DNA of 59,825 nt, the filler included, from Basidiobolus ranarum (Eukaryota), in the NCBI GenBank assembly GCA_040143965.1. It is 8 parts of 8 records of this genome, joined end to end, with 100 filler letters (N's around TTAATTAATTAA, not from the genome) between each part and the next. Parts side by side here need not be neighbours in the genome. Positions count along the whole stretch, not along the records: positions 7,512 to 14,919 come from JASJQH010008000.1; positions 15,020 to 22,419 come from JASJQH010008001.1; positions 22,520 to 29,915 come from JASJQH010008002.1; 5 more parts are not named here. One strand, given 5' to 3'. Under the pieces are notes generated by a model. That model was not told the DNA's origin. It did not search any database and saw only the letters and a program-made list of their open reading frames with translations. Shown in pieces: positions 13,166-25,572 of the stretch. The translations under genes and the position numbers were made by a program. Position 1 is the stretch's first letter. Each line of letters starts with the position of its first letter.

Positions 13166-13839
13166 ATAATTACCAGTAAATCAGCAGCCTGTAAATGAAG
13201 TATATTCAAATTCTTCACTCTAATTCAAAAATGCACAAGTAAAACAATGCAAGTAAGCAATGTAAGTAAAAAAAGTAAGTAACCACTTTCTCTTTGATAA
13301 AATGATCCCTAGTATCTCTTGATATCAGACAAATAGTTACCAAGTGTTGAGTAGATTGTTTGTATGCTTACTTTTTGGTAGTCAATCAGGTTATTAAAAA
13401 CACATGGGTCCGGCTAATGGGCTATATATTTGATAAATCTTATGCCCCACTCACATAAATCATGGTAGTTTGTATAGGAAGTCAATAAATTTTTATCCAA
13501 GCTTGAAGACCAGCACTCAATCATGTGAAATCTCTATGTGACCAAGGTGCCAAGCTATTAAATAATGAGTTATCAATTTCTATGTCTTGGCAAACTAATG
13601 GACTTATTCCATTGTGCCAGGATTCATCAGACCTTTGTTCAATATACTGGAGTGATTTTAATTGAAATTTCTTAAGCACACGGGTGCTGGATGGTGTGAA
13701 ATGGCCCCGCATCAATGTTAGATTACTTTTCCAAACTTGAAATTGATAGCAAATTCTGGTGTCATCACAGATAACAAGTCAAATGTAGATCAGACATTTC
13801 TTGCAGCTATGATACATTTAACACTAGCTAAGGAAGACT

Positions 13840-14345
13840 CAGTATGTGTTCAATGACTAACAAGCATCACAGCCTATGTCAAACAAAACAAATTCTTCTT
13901 TAACTTAAGAACAAAACAAGAAAAAATGCTATGGTTAGGGAAGGACTATGCACTACAAGCAGTAGGCAGGAACAAAGTTGAGCATGATTTAGATTACATC
14001 TTGTTGGTGCCATGTGTAAATTTACATGATGTTCTTCACTTGTAAAAGTAATTAAAAACCAGCTGGAAATAAGCCAAGAAAAAAGCTCAAGAATTAAACT
14101 AATTACCCAAAACGTGATTTTGACTTAGTTCTAGAAGACAAATATCTTTGGAAATCTTGCAAGGAAAGATAAAAAATCAAAAGGGCCACCAGATACTATA
14201 TTTGCCTCTCTAGAAGCCATCAAAAGTACTGTCTGCTCATTCTCTGCTTCTTAGCAACCTTTAATTATATTACTTACACAAAGCCAAAAGCTTTCAAAAT
14301 ACTGAGAAGCACTTGATGGATAGTACAAGACAACAGGGCAAACTA
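13840..14345 (+). mobile_element. Heavily decayed Copia protease and gag fragments
   Basis: Nucleotide similarity to 7512-7740 (ATGTCAAAC..., CTATGCACTA..GCAGT) and to the gag start (GTTCTAGAAGACAAATATCTTTGG). Confidence 0.55.
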
Positions 14346-14409
14346 AAGTGCTATTTTGTAAGACTTGTTCCACTATACCAGGTCAGATTTAGCTGCTCAA
14401 TCAAACCTG

Positions 14410-14919
14410 TGTTGAAATTAGGTAAATAGCAACTCATTATTTTGTAGTTAGTTTATTCATATTCTGATTATTTAGCACTCAGTTTTGCCATTTAAAAATG
14501 TGTATCTATTGCTGTACTTAATAGAAATAGCAATTAGATCACTTTTACCAATTTTCACTATTTTCTCAAAACCTCTCCAAATCACCTCAAAATTTCACCC
14601 ATGCTTGACCGGCATGTTTTTTATGCTCTAAGCACATCCAATAGGCCTATTGCATAATAAACTGTAAACAAGCCATATTCAACTCAATATAACATAAGTA
14701 TCTAATTCATTAATACAAGTCTTGTCCAAAACACTTCCAAATCCTCTAAACACTGTTGTCAGGTTATTAGTCCTAAGCTAGCTGTTAAAGGAATGTCTAC
14801 TAGTACTTTTATCAATGTCTTTGCATCCTCAGAGAAGTTTGATGACAAAGACTTTCACCTTTGGAAGTTCATGCTGAAAATGGTGTTAGCTGACAGGGGC
14901 CTTTGGGGATTTGTTACAG
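14410..14919 (+). mobile_element. Copia 5' LTR (14410-14761), PBS (14762-14773) and gag start
   Basis: TGTTGAAATT...GTTGTCA is followed by GGTTATTAGTCC. Gag ORF from 14793 reads EKFDDKDFHLWKFMLKMVLADRGLWGFV and runs off the contig. Confidence 0.9.
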
Positions 14920-15019
14920 NNNNNNNNNNNNNNNNNNNNNNNNNNNNNNNNNNNNNNNNNNNNTTAATTAATTAANNNNNNNNNNNNNNNNNNNNNNNNN
15001 NNNNNNNNNNNNNNNNNNN

Positions 15020-15951
15020 ACACAACTCTACTTTTCTAAAGTTCCTCCAAAGAGCCCCTATTTTGCCAATAATTATGAGGGTTTTCAACTCATCTGGCAG
15101 GCTCCCAAGTAGTGCCATGACTGAGTTATCTCCACTTTGAGGAGTTGTAATGGATGAGAGCTGATCCACCATAGTTTTTGTACAATTTATATGATTAGCC
15201 ATAGAATCTTCATAATTCATCAGCATTGAGAATAATTTTTACTCAAGATATAGCTTATTAGCCAGTCTTTTAGTCTCATGTAGTCTCTCAAGTGTTTCCC
15301 AGGCAGTTTGGACTTTTTTGTCTAAGTGTATGTGCCTCACTTGAGGGTCCCTCAGATGTAGACAAAGTGCAGAGAGTGCTTTACTTGGCTTCTTGTGAAA
15401 GGGCAAGGATAGCTTCTGGTGGTCTCTTTGCTCTATTTCTTCATCTGTATCAAATCCCCAAAGGTCCCTGTCTTCTAGCATCATTGTCATCCTAAACTTC
15501 CAAAAGTAAAGTCTTCACAATCCAACTTTTCAATGGATGCAAAACATTGATAATAGTACTGGTAGACATTCCTTTAACAGCTAGCTAGGTGTTCACAACC
15601 TGCTAAAAGTGCTTAGGAGATTTACGAGTGCTTTAGACAAGATTTAGATTTTTGAGTTACACACTTGGGTTTTGTTGAATTGAGTATGTCCTATTTATAG
15701 CTTACTAAGAACCATGACTGTTTAATGTGATTAGACCATAACAAATATATCTGTGGAGCATGGGTGATGATTTGAAATGATTTGGTGAAGTTTTGAGAAA
15801 AAGTGAAAATTGGTAAAATTGATCTGATTGATATTCCTATCAATTAAAGCAATAAAAGCATGTTTTTCAATTGCAGAATTGAGTGCTAAATAGTCAGAAC
15901 ATGAATAAACTAACTACTAAATAATGAGTTGCTATTTACCTAATTTCAATA
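15020..15951 (-). mobile_element. Copia 5' LTR (15601-15951), degenerate PBS and decayed gag
   Basis: Gag fragments LEDRDLWGF..AWETLERLHETK and DQLSSI..MALLGSLPDE. The family A LTR is in reverse and inserted into another gag copy. Confidence 0.9.
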
Positions 15952-15953
15952 AG

Positions 15954-16465
15954 TTATAGCCAAGTAGCCAGACTTGTATCCTCATATGGTTCCTCAAGTG
16001 TTTCCTGAGCAGTATGGGCATTTTTGGTTGTGTATATGTGCCCCAATTCACAGTCTCTCAGATTTAGGCAAAGTGTACAGAGTGCATTCCTCTGCTTCTT
16101 GAGAAAGACAAGGATGGATGTTTGTGGTCCCTTTAGCTGTATTTCTTCCACAGTAACATACCACCAAAGGTCATTGTTTACTAGAACCATTTGCATCTTG
16201 AACTTCCAAATATGAAAATCTTCACCATCAAACTTCTCTGGGGATGCAATATCATTGGTAATAGTACCAGTAGACACTCCTTCAACTGCTAGCTTGGGCC
16301 TCATAACCTAATATAAGTGTTTACAAGATTTGGAAGTGTTGTGACAAGATTTAAAGTTGTGAATTAGAAACATAGGATTTATTGAATTAAATATATCCTA
16401 TTTATATTTTACTAAGGAATAAGACTATGGGACCAGCTTAGATCATGACAAATCAGCCTGTAGAG
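15954..16465 (-). mobile_element. Second Copia gag start, PBS (16296-16308) and truncated LTR
   Basis: PEKFDGEDFHIWKFKMQMVLVNNDLW. The minus strand reads LTR end followed by GGTTATGAGGCCC. Confidence 0.88.
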
Positions 16466-16615
16466 CTTTACATTGAAGCTTCTTGACTTATTTCATGTGA
16501 TATATCCTGGGTTTTTGCAAGCAAATGGTAATTGGGCCAGTATAGGCCTATTTGTAAAACAACTCAAAAATGTACGCAATTATTGACTTGGAAAAGAAAG
16601 AAAAGCAGCTAAAGA

Positions 16616-16750
16616 AGTACTGAGGGAGCAGGAGGTTAGTAAGCCCAAGGGAAAAGCAAAGGAGCCAGTGAGTTTAGTCTCAGATGTACTCAAGGAGTAA
16701 AAAGTTAGTAAATCCAAGGAAAAGGCAAAGCAGCCAGTGATTTTAGTCTC
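16616..16750 (+). repeat. Two diverged tandem copies of a ~69-bp unit
   Basis: GTACT..GGAG....GTTAGTAA..CCAAGG.AAA.GCAAAG.AGCCAGTGA.TTTAGTCTC occurs twice. The period is divisible by 3 (VSKPKGKAKEPV / VSKSKEKAKQPV), suggesting a decayed coding repeat. Confidence 0.75.
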
Positions 16751-17989
16751 TACTGTCCCACCAACCATATTCTTCTCACCACTACAAATATTCTTATGAC
16801 TGGAGTCAGATATACTGGCTAAATGTCTTTATTTTACTGTGCTACCAAGTACACCAGTGGGAAGAGTGCAAAAGTTGGTGTTTTTTCAATACCCAAACCT
16901 TACAACAAGATAAAGCACCAATTTAGCATTCAAGTGGCAAATGTGTAAAATTCGGGTTATGTTTTATGTAATGTATTGATCCATGGTTCTCTGAGATTGT
17001 AGCCACTCATGTGCAACCGTTTTGCAAGATCTTGATATGTCCATTTCAAAACTGAAAAAATTGATTACAAGCAAATTTAACTTGAAAATTATGACAGTAG
17101 ATTAACAGTCAAACAAAAATGAATTCAATTTGTGATGGTTTACTTTCAATGACAATCCTCAAATATCTTTTTGGGACTCTTAGCAAGCCCTACTAGTTCA
17201 GGAGCAAATATGAGTGTCAAAGCATTATTGATATTCATAAAGTGGTGGAGGACTGCATCAAAGCTAAGTAAAAGAGCTTTTCATGGGTTTCTATAGATTT
17301 ATCAAAACCAATCATGGAGTGCAGACTACTGTTGACATAGTTCAAGTAGAAGGCTTAATTACTGGATTCCACAAATAATCCAATCATTATTAATTTACAA
17401 TCTTGCTCAAGAAACTGCATTGCTGTCATTGTACCATGAAGCATATACCTAAGTGCAGTAACTGCAATGATATTTCCATTTTACTCTCTGTTAAGTGTGG
17501 CTCATAATTGGCATATAAAGAGTTTTACCATGTTGCAAGATTGTGAAGAAATGACCCACATTGTGGTAACAGAATTCTGAATCAAGATCATCATCAAACA
17601 ACTGATAGTGTTTCTAACATATCTGTTAGGCTCCTCTACAAGGGACTTTGTAGTAGGAACTGTTTCAAAGCTTGGTTTGATCATGCAATTGTCCTGGCAC
17701 TAGATGGTTTGCTCCACAAAAATATATTGAGGCCAAAGCCTGTCAGCCAGTGATTCTACTCAACTTTATTCTTACATCTAATGTGCACAACAAGAGTCAA
17801 AATATTATTGTGCTCTCACCACTGTCTTGCACAAAGCTCCCTGCTGTTCATAACAATCTGCTATAGGCTCCTATTTATGAACTTGTACAATTTTGCAAAA
17901 AAGTGATTAAAGTGGTTCATTTTGTAAATGGCCAAAACTATGTATATTAGATTCTGAGAGCACAAAGCAGAATCATGTTCCAATTTGAT

Positions 17990-20300
17990 CAAATTCAAGG
18001 AATGAAACCAATGGATAACTTGCACTACAGCATCAAAATATCATTGGAACCCTAACTAAAAAAATTAATTTTTCTGGATTAGATCCACCTGTGGGGGGGG
18101 CAACCTATCAGAGAATCATTGTAATATCAATTGCTCCTATTAAGCCAAGGATTTTGATGATATGATGGTGGCTTCTTTTTGGTAGTATAACAGTTATTAA
18201 AGATTCCAAAATATTCATCCTCAATACTTGGAATGCAATATTCATTTCTTAAAATGTTGGAAACAACCAGTTTACAAATGGCAAATTAATACTTCAGGAT
18301 TTCAAATTATTCCACCAGCCTTTATTTAGATACTTAGGCTTTGTATTCCTGACATAATCAGCATCAGGAAATATAAGAATCTTGTTGTGCTTAATCACTA
18401 TTTACTCATGAGCTTCATGGTTCAGACATTACTCAAAAACATCAATATGTTTTGCCAGCATACTAAAGTGAGAAATTTGCTGAACATATGAGATTGAGCA
18501 TAGCACTGATATTGGGCAAATAGTGGAATTTTGTTATTCTTGAAAATGAGAATTAGTTTTGGATTCTGGCAAGTTTTTGTACAAGACTTCAGCCAAAGTA
18601 TCTTTGACTTGCAATCAATAAATATCCTGACTCAAGTAGAAGTGTCACAGCTGGAATAGATTATCCTGAGGCTAAAACTATTATAGTGCAAATCTTGATC
18701 TATCTCACCAAGAAGTCTGTCTTGTGGCATTTTAAGATATGCCATCAGCTTATTATCCAAGCAAAATATTCCAATTCATAGAGGTACATACTTTGTGTCC
18801 AAGGATCTGGTTTGTTGCTGCTATAAAACACATGAGAGCATTCAACACAGACATGTGTTGGAAGGTAGTATAGTTGTAGTCCCCTGAATCTGTTGCATTA
18901 CATCCATCACTGACTTTGCTGATATGTTTATAATTGGATTGGCAAACAATAATACTGATAATTTCACACAGAGCTTTGTTCTACTCCATTGGTAACTACC
19001 AGAATATATAACCAGGACTTGTGATCTCAAAGCATTATGAAAGATACAGTATGAAATTTATTGAATACCAGACTAGATTCAATCAATCTTTTTTGAACCT
19101 GAAATAAAGTCTTGCATATCCAATTACAGAATCTTTTCACAGTTGCTATATCTGCCTGACATCTGCCAATGTGAGCATATGCAGGAAGAAGAAAGTAACA
19201 ATATCTACAAACAATGTTGCCAGCACTTATTGAACAGTAATCTTTGAAACATTTCACTTGAATTTATACAAATCCAATACCACCAGTCTCAACTTAAATA
19301 AGCATCTGGATGGGAAGATGTTGATGGCAATCCTGGTGCCTATCATGCTATCTTGATGTTTTCAAGCATTTTTCCAATCAATCCAAGCATTGATCCGGTC
19401 TGGCATGGCTCATTAATACAGAATTTTGCTCTATATATCTGAGTGAGTAATATTGGACTGTTACCCTGCAACAATATAATTGCAAGGTTACAGCTGAGCC
19501 CAGGCTTGATATTAGACTGACTATTTGGTGAATCAATATCAGTGAGCATGTGGATATCAAGTTGGGCTCTTGATGGTAAAAGCAAGCAGCTCAGGGTTGT
19601 ATTAGCATAGTAGCAATATATATGACTGGCAGAGTAAAGAGGCCATAAACTATCTATAAGCACTGATGATGCAGGTGCAGATATAATAGATAGTATCCAA
19701 ATAGTATGATTCTTATACCATTCAGAAGTAGGAAGATTTTGATTAATTATAACTATTATGCAGAAGTTGTTCCCAATGGTATCATTTAATTGAGAAACCA
19801 TCCAGGGCCAATGCAAATGCATGATCTTAGGTATTCTCACAGAAACCTTGGCTTTTCAGATATTGTCAATGACATCCATCTAATATTTTGGTAATGTTAT
19901 CAGCTTCAGAGTGAGTACTTTGGTATTTGATCAATGATCTATATTTGAGTAATTTGTAATTGCTTTGGGATAAGGAATTAATGATATATATGCCAAATAT
20001 GAATAATATCTTCCTGATTCAGTGGTTGCCAATTGTGTGTAAACAGTATGTGACTTCAGGTTTTTCAGGTCTCTGGTGAAAGCCAAACAACCATTGAGAC
20101 ATGAAGTGAGTTTGAATATTGAAGGATAGGAGTTGTATGCTTGACAAGCATTCTCCACTTTTACCAAGTCTGTGGCAAGTAACAGTTGCCAACCAACTGT
20201 GGTAAAAGTGTAAGAAAACCAGTAAGTACCTTGATGCTTTGTTTGAATTAAACTCTCCACTCCTCAACAATCAAAGCTGTTACCTTGACTCTGAATGTAA
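17990..20300 (-). mobile_element. Decayed Tnp2-family (CACTA/EnSpm-class) transposase
   Basis: Across frameshifts: FALALDGFS and IIVIINQNLPTSEWYKNHTIWILSIISAP (cf. the Transposase_21 pattern L..DGF / N.NLPP..R......I.GP), plus IILLQGNSP. The 3' part is paralogous to 21100-22419. Confidence 0.75.
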
Positions 20301-21099
20301 TTTAGTGGCCCATTGTTTTCCTGCAACAAGCAATCTGTAACAGACCATCATCTTCTTCTTCAACTTCTTCGGCTATATCACCCTCACTAATTCAATAATT
20401 ATTTTAAACTACAAGCATCATATTTTCAAAGCTCTCTGGATCTACTGGCTCACCAGAGCTTGCACTTTTAGCTGCATCATTCTGGTCATATAACTGTGCT
20501 AACTCCATAGTATCCTCACATTCCATGGTGCCACCAAAAATGTGAGATAAACACAGTCAATGGTCTCAGTGGGCAAAATTCAAGTGGGTCTTTTGAGCTT
20601 ATTACTATTGATACGTACCAGGCATTGTACAGCTGATGGCTTTATACAGAGAACATGTTTGTGGTTATGTTTTCTATGCAGTCTATAGCTTCTATAGCAC
20701 AAGTATTTATGACAGTGAAAGCAGAGCTTTTTTAACCACTTATGTTGTGACATGAGAAGGCTATTGGTATAGAAAAAAGCAAACTTGGTATGTGAGGGTA
20801 ATATTTTAGGTATATCTAAGCAGTATTGTCAGCAGATTCTGGGATGGCCTCACAGACATGGCATCAAGGGATCACAATATTTGCTTGATATATAGGCCAT
20901 GACAAGTAATAACACCACAATACTGCAATTAATGCAGTATTTTGTAGGAACTAGACATTAGTTAGAGAGTAACTCAACAATGCTGCAAGATCTTCTAAAT
21001 GCTGTACTTGAGCTACATCAACATGCTGTTCCCTCCACTCATTCTCATATCAGACTTCCATAGATCTCACACTAGACATATGAACATCTCTATGAGAAT

Positions 21100-22419
21100 C
21101 TCCCTAACAAAAATAAAATCAATTTGATCCAGATTGGATCCACCTATAGGAATTGCAATACCATCAGAGAACCTTCACAATATTGGTGGCTTGCATTCTG
21201 CCAGGGATTTTGATGGTGTGATGGTAGCTTCTTGAATGTATCTTGATGGTATTCATACATGTTAAAATATTGACCCTAATGATTAGCATGCATTATTTGA
21301 TTTCTGGCAATTTTTGCAAAAATCTAATTTTTAAATGGCAAATTACTGGGTTTACTGCTATAGGAATTTGAATCAATATGCACTCCTTTATTTAGATATT
21401 TTTGGCTTTGCATTCCAGCCATAATGAGGATCAAGAAATGCAAGAATCATGTTGTGTTTAGTCTCTACATATGCACACACTTGACTGATCAGACATAACT
21501 CAACAACATCAATAAGCTTTACCAGAAAACTAATGGTGGAGAAATTGCTAAACATCTAAAATTTTGAATAGCACTGACACTTGGTAACTGGCTGGCTCTT
21601 GTTACCATTCACAATGAAAATAAGTGCTTGGATTTTGGCAAACTTCCCTAAAGAATTCAGCCAATATATCCTGAACTTACTGTCAACAAATGTTTTTTCA
21701 CAAGTAGATGGGTCATTGCTTAAATAGATTACCCCATGGCTGAAACAATAATTCTGCATATCTTGATATATCTCACCAAGAAGTCTGTCTTACAGCTTTC
21801 CTAGAAATGCGGTTGGATAATCACACAAACAAAATAGTCCAAATTATAGAGATACTTACTTCATGTCCATGGATTGGGTTTTGTTGCTGTTCTTGTGCTC
21901 AAACAATGCAAAAACCCGCAAGCACATTGGAAAGAGCTCTTTGTTGGAAGGTTAATATACTCTGGAGTCTCCTTGACCCATCACATTACATCTATCACCA
22001 ATTTTTCTGATACATTGTTAATTAGATTAGCATATGGTAATATTGACAATTTCACACAGAGCATCATTGCACCACAGAGGCACTGCATTGGGAACTCCCG
22101 GAATGTATAACAAGGGCCTATAATCTCTAAGCATTGTGAAAGATGCAGCAGGGAATGTATTGAATACTGGCATAGATTCAGTCTATCTTTTTTAAGCCCA
22201 TAATAAAGTTTTTCATATCTAATTACAAAATCATGGCACAGTTGCTGTGTCTGCCTAAGATCTTCCAATGTGAGTTGATGCTGTAGGAATATATTAACAA
22301 CATCAACAAACAACTCCCAATGTTGCTAATACTTATCAGGCAGAAATCTCTTCCAGATTTGACCTGAATAAATACAAATGAATACTTCCAGTCTTTGCAT
22401 TTGAATAAATACCTAGATG
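21100..22419 (-). mobile_element. Second Tnp2-family transposase relic (C-terminal DUF4218-like region)
   Basis: FVIRYEKLYYGLKKDRLNLCQYSIHSLLHLSQCLEIIGPCYTFREFPMQCLCG matches the H.LLH....GP....FP.ER..G signature of CACTA-class transposases. Confidence 0.85.
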
Positions 22420-22519
22420 NNNNNNNNNNNNNNNNNNNNNNNNNNNNNNNNNNNNNNNNNNNNTTAATTAATTAANNNNNNNNNNNNNNNNNNNNNNNNN
22501 NNNNNNNNNNNNNNNNNNN

Positions 22520-23400
22520 CTTAGGATCCGACGACCGAAAAAGCCATACTTAGGGCCACTTTCATTCAGTTGTGTCAGTACATATGGTATCCATGATGTG
22601 GGTATTTTCGTTCAAAACCTTCCACAATCAAGTTTTGATTGGTTAAAGTGCAGTCAATCATCAAATATTCCAACAATCTTGTGGAATATTTCAGAAGATG
22701 ATTAGGTGACCTTAAATGGAAAGTCCTGGCAGAAATACACTATTTGTGGAATGACATGATTGGTTAGGTTTGATGGAATATTCCAAACAACATGACTTCC
22801 GTAAAAGGTACCCTGGATGAACTAGTACAAGATTGCCAAGAAAGGATGGCATAGCAGATATGATGTCATTACTGAATACTAGATAAATTCCATTTACATT
22901 GATTGAGTGTGCCAAAATTGGAATCACGACAGTATCCTCACCTTTGGTGATGGCTTCCAGACATCATGGGTCAGGTCTGTCTGGGTAAGCTTCATGAAGC
23001 TCCTAGCAAAGTTCTTTAGAGTTGAAAAAATTTTTTGCTGGCTCCTAAGAATGATCATTTGTTGAGTTTCCTTCCAGTCCACCAAATATTTCAATTAATG
23101 TGAATAAATTCTGGATCATAGAATTTTGCTTATTTCATTTGCAGAGTGTTCTTCTATTTGGATTACTGGAGTGAGTCAATGGATTGGCCATACAAGGGTT
23201 TTGCTGGAACGTGGCTCTAGGAGATACACATGGCATGCATAGTGGACTTTGAAATAGTCTGGCAGTTGCAAGGTGGAAGGCTATTGAATTGATTTGCTTG
23301 ACTATCTCAAAAAGTCATAGGCTTTTATGATCATATTTATCACAAGATGTAGTTGTTTTTATATTTTTTTTGATTAGCCATACACAATTGCCTGGCTTGA
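22520..23400 (-). mobile_element. Probable Tnp2-family transposase relic (middle region)
   Basis: Fragments YFKVHYACHVY, DIISAMPSFLGNLV and KIPTSWIP resemble the C..C, D.MH.L..G and IPS blocks of Tnp2. The sequence is strongly degenerate. Confidence 0.45.
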
Positions 23401-23519
23401 TATCTAGGTTTGGCTGTCTTTTTTTATCAGCAAAGTTCTTAAATTGGGATTGGACATGCCGAACTTGGATATTAATTGTTTATGGATGTAATTGAGGAAA
23501 GAGGCATGATCTGAGGCAG

Positions 23520-25560
23520 CAGGCAAGATAGATTGGTTGGTGGGTGAAAGCTTTTTTCCATTCAGAAAGGCAGTTTTTACAACCAATAGACTTAAACCAA
23601 GCTTATGGACAGCTGAGAGTACCAGGATTGATCTAACAGAGCTCAATATAGCCACACAGGAAACTTTTTCATTTAAGTCAACTCTGGGAGTCTGGAAGCT
23701 ACCTTGTGCTACTAATCTTTTGCTGTACCTTTCTATAGTTCCTTCTGCTTGGTTTTTGACCTTGTAGACCCATTTGCAAGCTGTTGGCTTTCTTTTTGCT
23801 GGTATAGGACTTAAAACCCATGATCTATAGTCCTGAAGTGAAGATAACTCATGACATATTGCCTTTTCCCATGATGTTGATTTTAGAAACTCTAGAGACT
23901 CATCTAGACTCCATGGCTTGTTACAGAATGCTACATAAGCATAGACATCATCATTGGTAGTGTTGCACCAGTTTCCTGGCTTATTTCTCCTTCTGGATAA
24001 TCTTCTAGGTCCTGAATTGTCCTCTGATGTAATTGGGACTGAAATTTTGGTTGAATAGGGCTCGGATACAGCTGGAATTTTGTCAGACACTTCCTGAATA
24101 GTACTGAATGTGTTTTCTGGATCAAGAATGGGGATTTGAGGTGAAAAATTTGCTTTTTCATCAAAAATCCCATCACTGCACTTGATTAACTCCTGATTTT
24201 TGGTTTTACAAAATCTGTAGGCTGCAGAAACAGAATGCTACATAAGCATAGATATCTTCATTGGAAGTGTTCCACCAATTCCCTTGCTTATTCCCCATTT
24301 TGGATGATCTACAATATCCTGAACTATCATTTGATGGAATTGGGGCTGGAATTTTTGTTGAATTAGGCCCACACAGAGCTGGAATTTTGCCAGACATTTC
24401 CTGAATAGTGCTGATTGTATCTCTGGATCAAGAACTGTGATTTGAGGTTAAAAATATTTTTTTTCATCAGAATTCACATCTCTGCACATGATCAACTTTG
24501 GATTTTTGGTATTTACAAAATCTGTAGGCTGCAGATCTATCACAACAACCAAGAAATATGTATTTTTGGCTTTTGGTACTAATTTAAAGCATTTTTGAGC
24601 TGTAATTGGGCAATATGCTGAGAAACCAAATATCTGAGATGAACCACAATTTTTTCAATTCACAGAGAGCTTTGGATGCAGTAGAATTTGGTAGCTATCT
24701 AGTTGGGCATATATTTTTGATGTAGACTGCAGTAGAGACAGATTCAGCCCAATATTAGTAAGCTAACTTTTGCTAATGTAACTTTGATCTTGCCATCTTC
24801 ACTCTGGTTGTAATAGCATATTTTGCCACTCCATTTTGCTGGTGAGTATAAGGTACAGTATTTTATTGCCTAATTCCATGTTTAGAACAACCAATTGGAC
24901 AGTCTTTGGAGCAATATTCTCCACCATAATCACTCCTTAGTACCCTTACTCTCTGTGTTGATTCTTTCTCTACCTTTGAATTGTGGTGTTTCATTGTAGT
25001 TAAGGCTCCTGAATTAGATTTGAGAAATAATTCAGAAATATATATTGTTTTTTCATCAATAAAGGTTGTAAAGTGCTTTTTGCCACCTAGCAAGATGTCT
25101 TTCATGGGCCCACATAGGTCCAAATGAATCAGGCCAAAATGCTGATTGGATGTGATCTCTTCAGATTTTGAGAATGGCTTCCTGTGTTGCTTTCCATAAA
25201 TGCCACCTTCACACAGATCCAATTTGATGTCATTTCCAATTTGCATATATGCTGGGAAGCTCCTGAATGAATGTAGGACCTTTTGGAGTTGTTCTTGGTG
25301 GTCACTGCTAGGCCAGACATAAATAGATGATCCCTATCAATGCTTACACATTTTGCTTGTTCTGATTTTAGCTTTTGGCAAAAATCCTTTGTCTGCATTC
25401 TTTGATTAAAAAGCCTGGTTTGTAGAAATACTTTCAGATGATTGATTTCCTGCTAAGGGCACCCACCATTATTGAAGCCCATTGCATGTTTCACAACTCC
25501 AAAAAAATACCTAATCTGCATTATTTAGCTGAGAATTAGGTACCCTTAATTCATCATTAA
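23520..25560 (-). mobile_element. Decayed Copia pol fragments (integrase to RT start) with an internal ~320-bp duplication
   Basis: CEGGIYGKQHR..DLCGPM..LRSDYGGEY and CKWVYKVK..RLVAQG..VKTAFLNG. The integrase-RT linker is present twice (about 23930-24205 and 24230-24510). Confidence 0.9.
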
Positions 25561-25572
25561 GGTTCTAGTGCC

